A stretch of 47,853 nt of DNA from Ignavibacteria bacterium (GTDB lineage Bacteria; Bacteroidota; Ignavibacteria; Ignavibacteriales; Melioribacteraceae), in contig DAIEQP010000175.1 of NCBI GenBank assembly GCA_027347805.1, positions 1 through 47,853 of the forward strand, given 5' to 3'. The position numbers and the translations under genes were made by a program. A model generated the notes under the pieces. The model did no database searches. It saw nothing but the letters and a program-made list of their open reading frames with translations, and had not been told where the DNA came from. Below are positions 19,825 through 29,857 of this stretch, piece by piece. The first letter of the stretch is position 1, and each line of letters begins with the position of its first letter.

Positions 19825-21621
19825 TTATTCTTCGATCAGTTTCTTTTTACCAAAACCATATTCGATAGGAATATATTTCAAGACAATGAATGATGGAATG
19901 GTTGTAAATATCACCCAGAGGAAAAATAGTTTATAACCGATAGCTTCCTGAATTATGCCGCTTATCATTCCGGGAAGCATCATACCAAGAGCCATGAAGC
20001 CGGCAGAAATTGCATAGTGGGAAGTTTTATATTCTCCGTCAGAAATAAAAATCATGTACATCACGTAAAAAGTAAACCCAAAGCCAAAGCCAAACTGTTC
20101 TATAACTGTGCAAGCGGCAATCAGCCAAAAATTTTGCGGCTGTAAAAGTGAAAGGCCCAAATAAATTAACGAAGGGATATTGATTGAAATAAACATTGGC
20201 CACATCCAGAATTTTAACCCCTTCTTTGAAATAAGAATGCCGCCGATAATTCCGCTTAAAATAAATGCAATGGTTCCTAAAGTTGTTATCCATCCTACTG
20301 ATGTTAAAGATAGACCAAGTCCGCCAAGTTCACGGTTATCAAGCAAGAACGGTCCGGAAAGTTTGGATAATTGTGCTTCACCAAATCTGTACGAAATCAA
20401 AAACAATATTATTATTATGATTTTTTTCTTTTCAAAGTACCGCGCAAAGCTTCTGAAAAATTCTTTTCCTGCAGTTGAGGTTCTATTACTTCCCGCTTTA
20501 ACATCTGTCTCCGGTTCAGGTAAAATGAATTTATGATAAATGAAAAACAATATGAACATTCCTGCTAAAATGAGAAAAGTAATCGACCAAGCCATCGGCA
20601 CTTTATCGGTTCTGGCAGAAAATAAAGCTGTGGTTTTTGTTGTTACGTTAGAATCAAGTTGGAAAATTGCAAATGCAGGTTTATTCCAGTTTCCAGAATT
20701 GAAATAGAGTTTATTCCCTTCAATTACTTTGATGCCTTTTTCGCCATCCTGAAATTCTACATTAACAACATATTCATCGCCATCGCTGGGTTTCTTCGAA
20801 AGAAAAAATTTTGCTATGCCAACATTCCCGACAAGGTCCTGAGAGCGGGTTGTATCAACAAAAGAATCTGCTTGCTCACGTGAGAACCCATTCATCAGAT
20901 TAAAATTTTTAGCGAAATTTTTATAAAAGTTAACCTGTTCCTTTGTTTTGGGCTTTGTACTTATTTCAAGGTAAGATGGTTTTGCAACAAGATGTAGTTT
21001 GCCTGGCAATTCTTTTGCTCTTTGGGAATCAACTTTTATTGTTTCTTCAAAAAACTTTTTGGGATTTGCCACAACATGAAATTCTGCCGGAGAAACAGTT
21101 AATACATTTTCTATCTGTCCGGCAAGAATTATAACCAATCCCTGCCCTGCTATTAAAGCAACACGAAAAAAAGTTGTGCGGAATCCAATAAAAAATGACT
21201 GCCTGCTTTCTTTTAATGCTAGCAGATAAAACCCATCAACAGGTATTTCATGAGTAGCCGATATAAATGCGAGCAGCCAAAATATTATCAGAGTAAACTG
21301 AAAAAAATCCGGCATTGGAATAGCGAATCCAACGCATGCCAGAGCGGCACCAATCAACAACTGAGACAATAAAATCCACTTGCGTTTCTTCCCAAACACA
21401 TCAACGATAGGGCTCCACAATGGTTTTAAAATCCAAGGCAGATATAACCAGCTTGTATAAAGTGCAATATCTGAATTGGAAATCCCCAGGCGTTTATACA
21501 TTAAAGCAGAAACAAAAATTACAATTGCATATGGAAATCCTTCAGCAAAATATAATGTTGGTATCCAGTTCCATGGATTGTTGTTTTCTTTTTTGATCAA
21601 ACTTCGTTTTATAATATTCAT
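19825..21621 (-). CDS. ampG: AmpG-family MFS permease with a large inserted extramembrane domain
   Basis: PWNWIPTLYFAEGFP, LYLPWILKPLWSPIVD, SATHEIPVDGFY, YRFGEAQL, YKTSHYAISAGFMALGMM; hydrophilic insert at about aa 172-341. Confidence 0.8.
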   Translation of the reverse strand: MNIIKRSLIKKENNNPWNWIPTLYFAEGFPYAIVIFVSALMYKRLGISNSDIALYTSWLYLPWILKPLWSPIVDVFGKKRKWILLSQLLIGAALACVGFAIPMPDFFQFTLIIFWLLAFISATHEIPVDGFYLLALKESRQSFFIGFRTTFFRVALIAGQGLVIILAGQIENVLTVSPAEFHVVANPKKFFEETIKVDSQRAKELPGKLHLVAKPSYLEISTKPKTKEQVNFYKNFAKNFNLMNGFSREQADSFVDTTRSQDLVGNVGIAKFFLSKKPSDGDEYVVNVEFQDGEKGIKVIEGNKLYFNSGNWNKPAFAIFQLDSNVTTKTTALFSARTDKVPMAWSITFLILAGMFILFFIYHKFILPEPETDVKAGSNRTSTAGKEFFRSFARYFEKKKIIIIILFLISYRFGEAQLSKLSGPFLLDNRELGGLGLSLTSVGWITTLGTIAFILSGIIGGILISKKGLKFWMWPMFISINIPSLIYLGLSLLQPQNFWLIAACTVIEQFGFGFGFTFYVMYMIFISDGEYKTSHYAISAGFMALGMMLPGMISGIIQEAIGYKLFFLWVIFTTIPSFIVLKYIPIEYGFGKKKLIEE

Positions 21622-21892
21622 TTTGATAAGCTATAATTTCTGTGAACAAATTTTTATGCTAATAATTCTAATCCAGCTTTTGGCGGGCATTTTCCATTAC
21701 ACTTGCATAGATTGCTATGTATAATTCATTTCCGATTTTCAAAATTTTCATCAAAAATATGCAAATTAGATTGAACATAAAAGAAAGATACCGATATCAC
21801 TCAACTATTTATCAATGTTGAATTGATCTTAAATACTAAGTAGATTCCAATTGAAAATTGTCCATAATTTTATTTAACGAAGGGAGACAACG

Positions 21893-22336
21893 ATGGGTTC
21901 GTCAAGAAAATATTTGAATGCATTTCTTTTTTTAAGCCTACTGATTTTTGCATCCGGATGCAAAAAAGATGACAGCAATCCTGTAGAAGATAATGCACCG
22001 GCAACATTTGTTGGAACATGGAAACTGACTTCATTAAGTGCAACTGTAAGCGGGCAGCCATTAACTTTAACGCCTGATCAAGCAGGCACGCAGATGACAA
22101 TTGTAAGCAAACAGGATTATACTTTTACAATGACAACAATTGATGCATCAGGAACAAAAGTTAATACCGGCACATGGAGTGTAACAGGCACCAATCTAAA
22201 TCTGAAATATTCAGATAATACCAGCGCCACTTATGCTTTTACTGTAACGGGAACAACTCTTTCGATTAAAGATTATCCTTATACCCATCCTCTTTTTGGT
22301 GCACTGCTTATAAAACTGGATTTTACCAAACAATAA
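21893..22336 (+). CDS. Lipocalin-like lipoprotein
   Basis: Lipobox FASG-C followed by KKDD; VGTWKL and TGTWSV motifs. Confidence 0.8.
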   Translation: MGSSRKYLNAFLFLSLLIFASGCKKDDSNPVEDNAPATFVGTWKLTSLSATVSGQPLTLTPDQAGTQMTIVSKQDYTFTMTTIDASGTKVNTGTWSVTGTNLNLKYSDNTSATYAFTVTGTTLSIKDYPYTHPLFGALLIKLDFTKQ

Positions 22337-22361
22337 TTTTTAACAGAACCAATCAATTAAT

Positions 22362-22387
22362 AAACCCGTCATTAGACGGGTTTTCTT
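22362..22387 (+). terminator. Intrinsic terminator
   Basis: AAACCCGTC-ATTA-GACGGGTTT followed by TCTT. Confidence 0.8.
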
Positions 22388-22479
22388 ATCAATATTTAGG
22401 AATGGAATAATTTATCCTGATTCATTTTTTTATTATTCTTTATATTTTGTAATACAAACCGACACAACTAGGAATTTTT

Positions 22480-24963
22480 ATGCCTCTTAAAAAAGCAAAG
22501 CCGAATAATGAATTGCTTCCCCAAGAATTGAAATGGACATGCGACCCGGATGTATTTGAATTTGAAACAACAACAGGTTTAAAACCTATTGAAGGAATTG
22601 TAGGACAGGAAAGGGCGCTTAAGGCATTAAAAGTAGGAGTTAATCTTAAAAGCCAGGGTTATAATATTTTCATCACTGGTCTTTCCGGTACCGGTAAATT
22701 CACAACTATTAAATTAATGCTAGAATCAATATCATCAGAGAATATTCAGCTAAACGATTATGCTTATGTTACAAACTTTCAGGATGAAGACAGGCCAATG
22801 CTTTTAGTCTTTCCGGCTGGGCAGGCAAATAAATTCAAGAAAGATCTTGGCAAAGCAATAAAATTTTTGCAGGAAAAAATTCCTCAGATCTTGACAACTG
22901 AACCTTTTGTCTCGAAAAAGAAACAGCTCATTTCCGATTATGGCAAAAAGCAGCAGTCAATAATGAGTTCATTTGAAGGCAAATTAAGAAAAGATAATTT
23001 TACACTTGGCCAGGTTAAATCCGGCGAAATGATACGGCCTGAAATTCTTGCAATAATTAACAATGAACCGGTTTCAATTCAACAGCTGAGTGAACTTTTA
23101 CAATCGCAAAAAATTACAAAGGAAGAATCCGAACAATTAATTACAAAGTACGCATCATATCAGGAAGAACTGCAGCAGGTTTTTAGACAGAGCTTAAAGT
23201 TAACACAGGATTTCCAGGAAAAAATTTCAAAAATGGAAAGTGAATTTGTTAACCAGCTTGTTTCAATAACACTCGAGGAGTTGAAGAAAAAATTCAAAAT
23301 CGCATCTGTTAAAGAATATTTGGAACGTGTTTATGAAAGTATTCTTCTTAACCTGGATGTATTTAAAGGCCAGCGACCTGCAAGAGAAGAAGCTGATGGC
23401 GGAATAATAATAGATTATCTTAAAGAATATGAAGTAAACATTATACTTGATAATTCAAATGTGAAAAAGAGTCCTGTCATTGTTGAAACTTCGCCAACAT
23501 ACAACAATTTGTTTGGTACAATTGAAAAATACAGTGATGGCCGGGGTGGCTGGTATGCTGATTTTACAAGAATAAAATCCGGCTCGCTTCTTCATGCAAA
23601 CGGCGGCTATATAATTATAAATGCAACAGATGCGTTTTTAGAACCTGGTGTTTGGAAAACTTTAAAACGTGTTCTTCTTTACGGAAAACTGGAAATACAG
23701 GATCTGGCGAATATTTATCAGTTTTCACCAAGCGTTATGAAGCCGGAACCAATTGACATAAACACAAAAGTAATTTTGATCGGCAGCAATTATATCTACT
23801 CAATTCTCTCTGCTTACGAAGATGATTTTAATAAGATATTCAAAGTAAAAGCAGACTTTGATTACGAGATGAAACGTACCGATAATGCTCTTATTGAATA
23901 TTCAATGGTGATTAAAAAATTAATTGCGAACGAAAAACTGCTTGAGTTTGACAAATCCGCAATAGCAAAAATTGCCGAATTCGGCGCGCGTTATGCCGGT
24001 GAAAAAAATAAATTAACTACGCGTTTCGCATATATCGCCGATCTTGCACGTGAATCTTCATTCTGGGCAAAAAGCAACAAAAACAAATTTGTAAATGATT
24101 CTCATGTAATCGAAGCATACAAAGCAGCGCATGAACGACACGGCATGTACGAATCTAAAGTATCTGAAATGATTTCTGATGGAACTTTATTAATCGATAC
24201 TGAAGGATCGCGCATCGGCACAATAAATGGATTAGCCGTTTATGAAAGCGGTCATTTTGCATTTGGTAAACCTACCAGAATAACTGCAACAGTTTCACTT
24301 GGAAATGGAAATATCATCAATGTTGAAAGAGAAGCCGGAATGAGCGGGAATACTCACAATAAAGGAGTATTAATTATTTCAGGATATATAAGAGAAAATT
24401 TTGGCCAGCACGTTCCACTTTCTCTTTCTGCAAGCTTGGTTTTTGAGCAGGGATATGGAATGATTGACGGCGACAGTGCATCGATCACTGAAATCGCAGC
24501 TCTCCTTTCAGCAATTTCAAGAATTCCAATTAAGCAAAACCTTGCAATTACAGGAAGCGTTAATCAAAAAGGAGAAATCCAGCCAATCGGCGGCGTGAAT
24601 GAAAAAATTGAAGGATTTTTCGATACTTGCAGCAGGAAAAAACTTACAGGCATTCATGGTGTTATAATTCCAAAACAAAACGTAAAAGATCTAATGCTCA
24701 AAGATGAAATAGTACGTGCTGTGCAAAATAAAAAGTTTCATGTTTATTCTGTTGGCAAAGTTGAAGAAGCAATTGAATTATTAACCGGCATAAAAGCAGG
24801 CGTCAAATTAAAAAACGGCAAGTGGGAATCTGATACTGTCTTTGGTGCAGTCGAAAAAGAATTAAATATAATGAGGAAAAAACTTTTGCCTCCTTCTGCA
24901 AAGAAGAATTCGAGTCATGAATCGGTAATAAAAAGTAAAACATCAAAAGGAAAAAAGAAGTGA
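22480..24963 (+). CDS. Lon-like protease (LonC / AAA_32 + Lon_C type)
   Basis: GQERALKAL, Walker A-like GLSGTGKFT, GSLLHANGGY, catalytic Ser IDGDSAS and Lys PIGGVNEKIEGF. Confidence 0.9.
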   Translation: MPLKKAKPNNELLPQELKWTCDPDVFEFETTTGLKPIEGIVGQERALKALKVGVNLKSQGYNIFITGLSGTGKFTTIKLMLESISSENIQLNDYAYVTNFQDEDRPMLLVFPAGQANKFKKDLGKAIKFLQEKIPQILTTEPFVSKKKQLISDYGKKQQSIMSSFEGKLRKDNFTLGQVKSGEMIRPEILAIINNEPVSIQQLSELLQSQKITKEESEQLITKYASYQEELQQVFRQSLKLTQDFQEKISKMESEFVNQLVSITLEELKKKFKIASVKEYLERVYESILLNLDVFKGQRPAREEADGGIIIDYLKEYEVNIILDNSNVKKSPVIVETSPTYNNLFGTIEKYSDGRGGWYADFTRIKSGSLLHANGGYIIINATDAFLEPGVWKTLKRVLLYGKLEIQDLANIYQFSPSVMKPEPIDINTKVILIGSNYIYSILSAYEDDFNKIFKVKADFDYEMKRTDNALIEYSMVIKKLIANEKLLEFDKSAIAKIAEFGARYAGEKNKLTTRFAYIADLARESSFWAKSNKNKFVNDSHVIEAYKAAHERHGMYESKVSEMISDGTLLIDTEGSRIGTINGLAVYESGHFAFGKPTRITATVSLGNGNIINVEREAGMSGNTHNKGVLIISGYIRENFGQHVPLSLSASLVFEQGYGMIDGDSASITEIAALLSAISRIPIKQNLAITGSVNQKGEIQPIGGVNEKIEGFFDTCSRKKLTGIHGVIIPKQNVKDLMLKDEIVRAVQNKKFHVYSVGKVEEAIELLTGIKAGVKLKNGKWESDTVFGAVEKELNIMRKKLLPPSAKKNSSHESVIKSKTSKGKKK

Positions 24964-26387
24964 GAAAAATTTTAGCAAAAACAAAAATATTGATTACAGT
25001 TGGACCTGCGTCTGACACAAAAGAAAAACTTGAGCCGCTTGTAGACGCGGGATGTAATGCGCTCAGATTAAACTTTTCACATGGCAGTTTCGAATATTTT
25101 GAAAAAGTCTTTGCCGAAATAAATAATCTGTGTGTATCAAGATCTCTTCCGATACCGATATTAATTGATCTCCAGGGACCTAAAATTAGAATTGGCGAAC
25201 TTGAAAGCCCCGAGGTTGATTTGATTCAAGGCGAGCAAATTGAATTAACAACTGAAAAAATTTTAGGCAACGCCAAAAGAGTATCAACCTCTTATTCTCT
25301 ACTTCCTATTGATGCAGAAATCGGAAATAAAATATTAATTGATGATGGTCTTATTCAGCTAAAAGTGATTTCAAAAAAAGAAAATTCAGTTATATGCGAA
25401 ATTATTGAAGGCGGAAAGCTAAAACCAAAAAAAGGAATGAACCTTCCCGGGATGAAGTTAAGCACTTCTTCCGTAACAGAAAAAGATTTATCCAATTTAG
25501 AATTCGCTCTTAAACATCGGGTTGATTACATCGCATTATCGTTTGTTAGAAATGCGTCGGATATTTATCATCTAAAAAAATGGCTGGAAGATAAAGGTTA
25601 CGATAAACCAATAATAGCAAAAATTGAAAAGCCAGAAGCTGTTTCAAACTTTGAAAGTATTTTAAATGCGGCAGACGGAATAATGGTTGCTCGAGGAGAT
25701 CTTGGTGTTGAATTAAAAGCACACGAAGTGCCAATCATTCAAAAAAGAATTATTAAGCGCTGCAATGAAGTCGGCAAACTTGTTATTACTGCAACACAAA
25801 TGCTCGAATCAATGGTAAGCAATCCTGTTCCAACAAGAGCTGAAGCATCTGATGTTGCAAATGCAGTATGGGATGGAACCGATGTTGTTATGCTTAGCGC
25901 AGAAACTTCTGTTGGTAAGCACCCTGCTCAGGCAGTTAAAATAATGAATGAAATTATTCTTAATGCAGAACGCGCTTACGAATTTGAAAGAGCTATTAAT
26001 TTTGCAAAACCAGAATATATCGAAGAAAATCTTTTTGATTCGATGAATAAGGGAATTTGTGCGATCAGTAAACAGATAAATGCAAATGCCATTATAGCCT
26101 TTACAGCCAAAGGAAACACACCGATTAGTTTATCCAAGTTCAGACCGCAGGCTCTAATTATTGCTGTAACAGACAGCTTTGAAACAATGAACAAACTCTC
26201 ATTGAAATGGGGAGTCCTTCCACTGTACTGCAAAGATATTAGCGATAGACACAGGGCGGCAGAAATTGTTCATCAGCTAATTTTTAAGGAAAATCTTGTT
26301 GATCAGGGTGATTTAGTAATCTTTACAGAAGGCGGATTAAAAATAAAGAATGCGCGGGAAAACTGGATTCGTTTTGAAGTTGTTTAA
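24960..26387 (+). CDS. pyk: Pyruvate kinase
   Basis: RLNFSHG, DLQGPKIR, IAKIEK, DGIMVARGDLGVE, ATQMLESM, PTRAEASDVANA; GTGA overlap with the protease gene. Confidence 0.97.
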   Translation: MRKILAKTKILITVGPASDTKEKLEPLVDAGCNALRLNFSHGSFEYFEKVFAEINNLCVSRSLPIPILIDLQGPKIRIGELESPEVDLIQGEQIELTTEKILGNAKRVSTSYSLLPIDAEIGNKILIDDGLIQLKVISKKENSVICEIIEGGKLKPKKGMNLPGMKLSTSSVTEKDLSNLEFALKHRVDYIALSFVRNASDIYHLKKWLEDKGYDKPIIAKIEKPEAVSNFESILNAADGIMVARGDLGVELKAHEVPIIQKRIIKRCNEVGKLVITATQMLESMVSNPVPTRAEASDVANAVWDGTDVVMLSAETSVGKHPAQAVKIMNEIILNAERAYEFERAINFAKPEYIEENLFDSMNKGICAISKQINANAIIAFTAKGNTPISLSKFRPQALIIAVTDSFETMNKLSLKWGVLPLYCKDISDRHRAAEIVHQLIFKENLVDQGDLVIFTEGGLKIKNARENWIRFEVV

Positions 26388-26399
26388 TTTAATAGTGAA

Positions 26400-27422
26400 T
26401 TGAAAACAGAAGATTTAAAACTTGCACAGTGGTGGGAACCAGCAGAGAATGAAAAAATTCTCTGCACACTGTGCCCCCGTTACTGCACTATCGGAAATGG
26501 ACAGGTAGGATTCTGTTTTATTCGTCAGAATATTAATGGCAAATTATATTCACTCGGTTATGGAAGACCAACCGGTTTTGCAATTGATCCAATTGAAAAA
26601 AAACCATTAAATCATTTTCTCCCCGGCTCACAAATATTAAGTTTTGGAACTGCCGGATGCAATCTTGGATGTAAATTCTGCCAGAACTGGTCAATAAGTA
26701 AGGCAAGATTCGATAGTATCAGGTCTTACAATGCGACTCCAGAAGATGTCATTTCTCTAGCAAAAAAAAATAACACTCCCTCAATTGCATTTACTTATAA
26801 CGATCCCGTCATCTTTGGCGAATATGTTATTGATATTTCCCAAATTGCGAATGATGAAAACATCAGGACGGTGATGGTTACCGCCGGTTATATTGATAAG
26901 AACGCGCGCAAAGATGTATTTAAATATATTAACGGCGCCAATGTTGATCTTAAAGCTTTCTCAGAAAAATTTTATCACAAGTTAACTTTATCTCATCTTA
27001 ATGATGTTCTTAATACTTTAATCTGGTTAAAGAACGAAACTTCCATCTGGTTTGAAATAACAACGCTGTTAATTCCCGATGAAAACGATTCCGATGATGA
27101 AATAAAAAAAATGATTGATTGGATTCTTCAAAATCTTGGAGATGAAGTTCCTATCCACTTCACAGCTTTTCACCCGGATTTTAAAATGGCAACCAAATCA
27201 AGAACTCCGGCCTCAACTTTAACCAGAGCGCGCAACATTGCTTTAAGTTCCGGAATTAAGTTTTGTTATCTTGGAAATATTCATGATCAGCAGGCACAAA
27301 CTACTTATTGTTCCTCATGCAGTAAGCCAATCATAAAAAGGGATTGGCATTCAATAACCGAACAGAACATGAATAAAAACAAATGCTCTAATTGTGGAAA
27401 TATTTTACCCGGTGTTTTTTAA
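26400..27422 (+). CDS. amrS: AmmeMemoRadiSam system radical SAM enzyme
   Basis: N-terminal CTLCPRYC...GFCFIR; DPIEKKPLNHFLPG; radical SAM motif GCNLGCKFCQNW; C-terminal Zn ribbon (CxxC...CxxC). Confidence 0.9.
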   Translation: MKTEDLKLAQWWEPAENEKILCTLCPRYCTIGNGQVGFCFIRQNINGKLYSLGYGRPTGFAIDPIEKKPLNHFLPGSQILSFGTAGCNLGCKFCQNWSISKARFDSIRSYNATPEDVISLAKKNNTPSIAFTYNDPVIFGEYVIDISQIANDENIRTVMVTAGYIDKNARKDVFKYINGANVDLKAFSEKFYHKLTLSHLNDVLNTLIWLKNETSIWFEITTLLIPDENDSDDEIKKMIDWILQNLGDEVPIHFTAFHPDFKMATKSRTPASTLTRARNIALSSGIKFCYLGNIHDQQAQTTYCSSCSKPIIKRDWHSITEQNMNKNKCSNCGNILPGVF

Positions 27423-27510
27423 GATTTTGTTCGCAAGTTTTCCAAAAAGAAAATATATTAAGTTTGACTTTTAAGTCACTAACAAAACTCTAACCAGCCA
27501 GGAGTTAAAA

Positions 27511-28059
27511 ATGTTCAAGCACGCTACTTTTCGAAGCGTAGCTATATTTATTGTTTTATTAATAGCTACTTCAACATGCCTCGCCCAGGGGAAACATGGG
27601 TTAGTAGGTAAATTTCTTAAGCCTTCCGACGCAGATATTCTTTTTGGAAAACCAGTTCAATCCATTCCTATAAGTAAAAGTGATTTGCTCGAAGCGATTA
27701 AAAATGCGGATAATTATATTTTATTCAGCATAAAAAATAACCGCATAAATATTACAAATGAAAAAAAGATTAAACTGACTTCAAACTCACATAATGCAAA
27801 CGAAAAAGAGAACATGTTCTTTTACAGCAAGAGCATTATTAGTTCGCTTGTAAACTTTGCGGGAGAAAAGCAGATATTTATAGAACAAAGGCCGAATAAC
27901 ATCTACTCATTTACTGTAAAGCCAACATCTAATTCAAGTAATTCTGTTGAAACTTCAAACTACTCAGTAAAATCAGGTTCTATAATGAATTTAACATCAA
28001 CTAATGACAATGGAATAACCTTGGAGATGAGTGAATGGTGTCCGCCATTTTGCGATTAA
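27511..28059 (+). CDS. Secreted hypothetical protein with C-terminal CPPFC motif
   Basis: RBS GGAG; Sec signal peptide (…STCLA|QG); ends LEMSEWCPPFCD-stop. Confidence 0.85.
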   Translation: MFKHATFRSVAIFIVLLIATSTCLAQGKHGLVGKFLKPSDADILFGKPVQSIPISKSDLLEAIKNADNYILFSIKNNRINITNEKKIKLTSNSHNANEKENMFFYSKSIISSLVNFAGEKQIFIEQRPNNIYSFTVKPTSNSSNSVETSNYSVKSGSIMNLTSTNDNGITLEMSEWCPPFCD

Positions 28060-28071
28060 TTTCTTAATACT

Positions 28072-28626
28072 ATGACAGATTTTTTCAAATTATTATATAT
28101 CGCAAGTATTGTAATCTGGTGTTTACCACCCATAAAACAATATGGAAATCGTTTGTTTTATTTCTTTCTAATTTTAGCTTTACTGGATCCACTTGCTTTC
28201 TTTTATCGTCTGATAACACATTTTCATTTTCCAACATGGTTATACACGATCATAATATACATTTGTATACTTACGACATTAGATAAAAGTATATTAAAAA
28301 AATATGTTTATGTCTTTGCGGCCATATTGGTCTTTTTCGTTATATCTATACCCTATCAGACAAAGATCTTGTCCAACATAATAATGATCATTGAACTAAT
28401 TGGATTCTTACTAGTTTTCTTAAAGAATCTAATTGTTTTTTATGTGCAGAAGAAAAAGCTCAACATATTTTACCTGGTTCTTGTTTTTTACATATTAACG
28501 AATATACTTAAGTACTTCAATCTATTATTTGGATTTGCCAATGCTATCGCTTTATTTATTATTACAAGTATTACCCAAATCGCGTTCGGATTCTTCTTTT
28601 CAATCGTTAGAGAAGATAGACCCTAA
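28072..28626 (+). CDS. Polytopic (~7-TM) hypothetical membrane protein
   Basis: 184 aa, almost entirely hydrophobic segments joined by short basic loops; 12 nt after the upstream gene. Confidence 0.85.
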   Translation: MTDFFKLLYIASIVIWCLPPIKQYGNRLFYFFLILALLDPLAFFYRLITHFHFPTWLYTIIIYICILTTLDKSILKKYVYVFAAILVFFVISIPYQTKILSNIIMIIELIGFLLVFLKNLIVFYVQKKKLNIFYLVLVFYILTNILKYFNLLFGFANAIALFIITSITQIAFGFFFSIVREDRP

Positions 28627-29857
28627 TACATTATTTAGTGTCGAAAATCCTTTGCTCTTCGGGTTGTTTCTTGTTTTTATTCTTCTCTCGGTTATGTTTA
28701 TTTATAACCGTTTTATAATTATTCCATTAAAGAAGAAGCATCTGGCAGAAGAAGAAAATCTAAAATTGCAGCAAGCGGAATTGATGGCGTTATTCGCTTC
28801 TTTATCGCCAGATCCCATTTTCAGATTTGATGAGACAGGTAAAATTATTCTTGCTAATAACTCAGCGCATAAAATATTTCCAACAAAAATCTTACTAGGC
28901 GAACAGGTTCAAAATATTTTACCGTTTACAAGCGATTACGATATTCACGATATAATTGAACATGGAAGAACTGTTTTGTACAATCAAACATTTGAAAAAA
29001 GTTTTTACCAATTTTTAATTGTTGGCAGCGAAAAATTTAAGATGTGCCAGGTTTATGGCAGAGATATAACCGAATTGAAAATTAAAGAGCAGGAATTAAA
29101 AGAAGCTCTCGATAAAGCACAGGAATCAAAAAGACTAAAAGAATTTTTTCTTGCCCAGATTTCTCATGAAATACGATCCCCTCTGAATGTTATTGTTGGT
29201 TACTCGGAGTTAATTGCAGAAGAACTAAAGGACACACAGAGACCTGATTTAGTATCAATTCTTAAATCAGTTAAAAATAGCAGTAAGCGGCTTTATCGTA
29301 CTTTTGACTTACTTCTCAATATGTCGCAAATTCAGACCGGAGGATATGAAGCTCGTTTTGAAAAAATAGATATTGCCTCAATTCTCCAAATTGTTTTTAC
29401 TGAATACGAATCAATTGCAGAAGAAAAAGGACTCAAATTAATTCTTACAAACTTATTTGGTGGACCTGCAATCGCAAGATGCGATCATTATTCAATTTCC
29501 CAGGTATTCATAAACCTGATTGATAATGCGATTAAGTACACCAAGCAGGGAACTATTGAAATAAAAATTTATAAAAACAATTATGATGAAGTTTGCGTTG
29601 ATATAATTGACAGCGGTAAAGGCATGTCAAATGAATTTATTACCAACCTTTTTACTCCATTTACACAGGAAGAAATGGGTTATACAAGACGATTTGATGG
29701 AACCGGTTTAGGATTGGCAATAGCAAAAAACTTCTCTGATCTTAACAACGCAAAAATTAGAGTTACAAGCGAACAAAATATCGGTTCAAAATTTACTATC
29801 ATTCTCAGTGGAGAAACAAAATGGTCACTGCCGCAGAGCCAAAGCCAAAACTCCTGA
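28529..29857 (+). CDS. Single-TM PAS-containing sensor histidine kinase (start codon uncertain)
   Basis: One TM (LLFGLFLVFILLSVMFIY); PAS (SPDPIFRFD...ANNSA...GRDITE); H-box QISHEIRSPLN; NLIDNAIKYT; DSGKGM; GTGLGLAI. Confidence 0.9.
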   Translation: MDLPMLSLYLLLQVLPKSRSDSSFQSLEKIDPNTLFSVENPLLFGLFLVFILLSVMFIYNRFIIIPLKKKHLAEEENLKLQQAELMALFASLSPDPIFRFDETGKIILANNSAHKIFPTKILLGEQVQNILPFTSDYDIHDIIEHGRTVLYNQTFEKSFYQFLIVGSEKFKMCQVYGRDITELKIKEQELKEALDKAQESKRLKEFFLAQISHEIRSPLNVIVGYSELIAEELKDTQRPDLVSILKSVKNSSKRLYRTFDLLLNMSQIQTGGYEARFEKIDIASILQIVFTEYESIAEEKGLKLILTNLFGGPAIARCDHYSISQVFINLIDNAIKYTKQGTIEIKIYKNNYDEVCVDIIDSGKGMSNEFITNLFTPFTQEEMGYTRRFDGTGLGLAIAKNFSDLNNAKIRVTSEQNIGSKFTIILSGETKWSLPQSQSQNS

